Source: Raja brachyura (taxonomy: Eukaryota). Taken from it: 64,000 nucleotides of DNA. Shown here piece after piece: positions 63,109-64,000 of this stretch. A program made the position numbers and the translations under genes. Below the pieces are notes generated by a model. It had not been told where the DNA came from and searched no databases. It worked only from the letters and a program-made list of their open reading frames with translations. Where the stretch lies: positions 22,196,001-22,260,000 of the forward strand of contig OY740797.1 in NCBI GenBank assembly GCA_963514005.1. The letters run 5' to 3'. The number at the start of each line of letters is the position of its first letter. Positions within the stretch are counted from its first letter, which is position 1.

Positions 63109-64000
63109 CTCCCTCCCATCATTCACTTAACACCCTAGCCTTTATCAGCCCTTCAACAGTTGGTTGCATGCTTAGCACCAAGTCAGCTTGTAGATTCCAG
63201 TTCCAGAGATCTGAGCACCCTGCCATGTCACATGTCCACAGCATGCGGACAAGCCTTGGGACTGGGAACAAGATCAATTCCATCAGATGGAAGTAAAGGA
63301 TCTCATGGCAACATTTCAACAATGAATGCTAGCAGGTTGTCCTCGGTATCTGCCCAATGTCTATCTTTCAGCCAATATCAATCAGAGTAATTATATTGCC
63401 GTAGGTTATGTGAACATTTATTCATTTCCTAATTATAGCAGACAAAATTTATTTAAGGTCATTTGCATCTCTGCAGAGAGCATTGTGCCTTGAAAAGTGC
63501 TACGTGTGCAAGTTCTTTGTTTGACTTCATAGAAAGAGGAGGACGAACATTTACATTTCAGAGCCCAATCAATCTAACAGTGGGGACACAAATATGAACT
63601 TAATTAATTCTGGATCATTTTGCTCTTTTTGGATTGGACTCCTGCTGTAACACTCATAGTCATTCAGCACGTTAACCGGCCCTTCGGCCCAACGTGTTCA
63701 ATCCACCAAAAGATGCTCCATGTTAGTCCCAGCTGCCGCATTTGACCCATATTCCTCTAAACCTTTCCTAACCCTGTATCTGTCCAAATGTCCCTTAAAT
63801 GTTGTTATAGTATCTGCGTCAAGCACCTCCTCTGCCATCCTGTTCCATATACCCACCACTCTGTGTGAAAGAGTTGTCTCTCAGGATGCAGTCAGAGCAG
63901 CATGATATTGAATGGTAAAGCAGGTGAGCAGACCTGCTCTTGCTTGTGATCCGAGTGTTTGTAGAAAGATTAAACTTTGCAGTGAGTTACTGGTCGCGAT

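Overview
Repeat-rich vertebrate genomic DNA. The repeat families (HE1-type V-SINEs, CR1-, Rex1- and Penelope-like elements, a DeuSINE) point to a cartilaginous fish, probably a skate or ray (inference). The only host gene I can support is the 3' half of a + strand hnRNP C/RALY/RALYL-family RNA-binding protein gene. It has four phase-consistent coding exons at 16710-16870, 27524-27637, 36989-37179 and 42062-42100; no RRM exons were found in the window. Nearly all other ORFs in the track are spurious or retroelement debris. The most striking signal is catalytic RNA inside mobile DNA. (1) A 135-bp TSD-flanked short retroposon at 34700-34834 (-) starts exactly at the G1 position of a very compact (54 nt) CPEB3/HDV-type ribozyme fold and ends in a structured domain and an AAGAAG tail. 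(2) Many Penelope-derived terminal repeats carry a minimal hammerhead core (CUGAAGA-A-stem II-GAAAC-GUH), often in head-to-head palindromes. Also present: a microhomology-flanked templated insertion copied from 2.3 kb away, a cluster of long-TIR MITEs, two candidate solo LTRs and a decayed ~22-nt tandem array. All structures were read by eye; no folding, alignment or database search was run.
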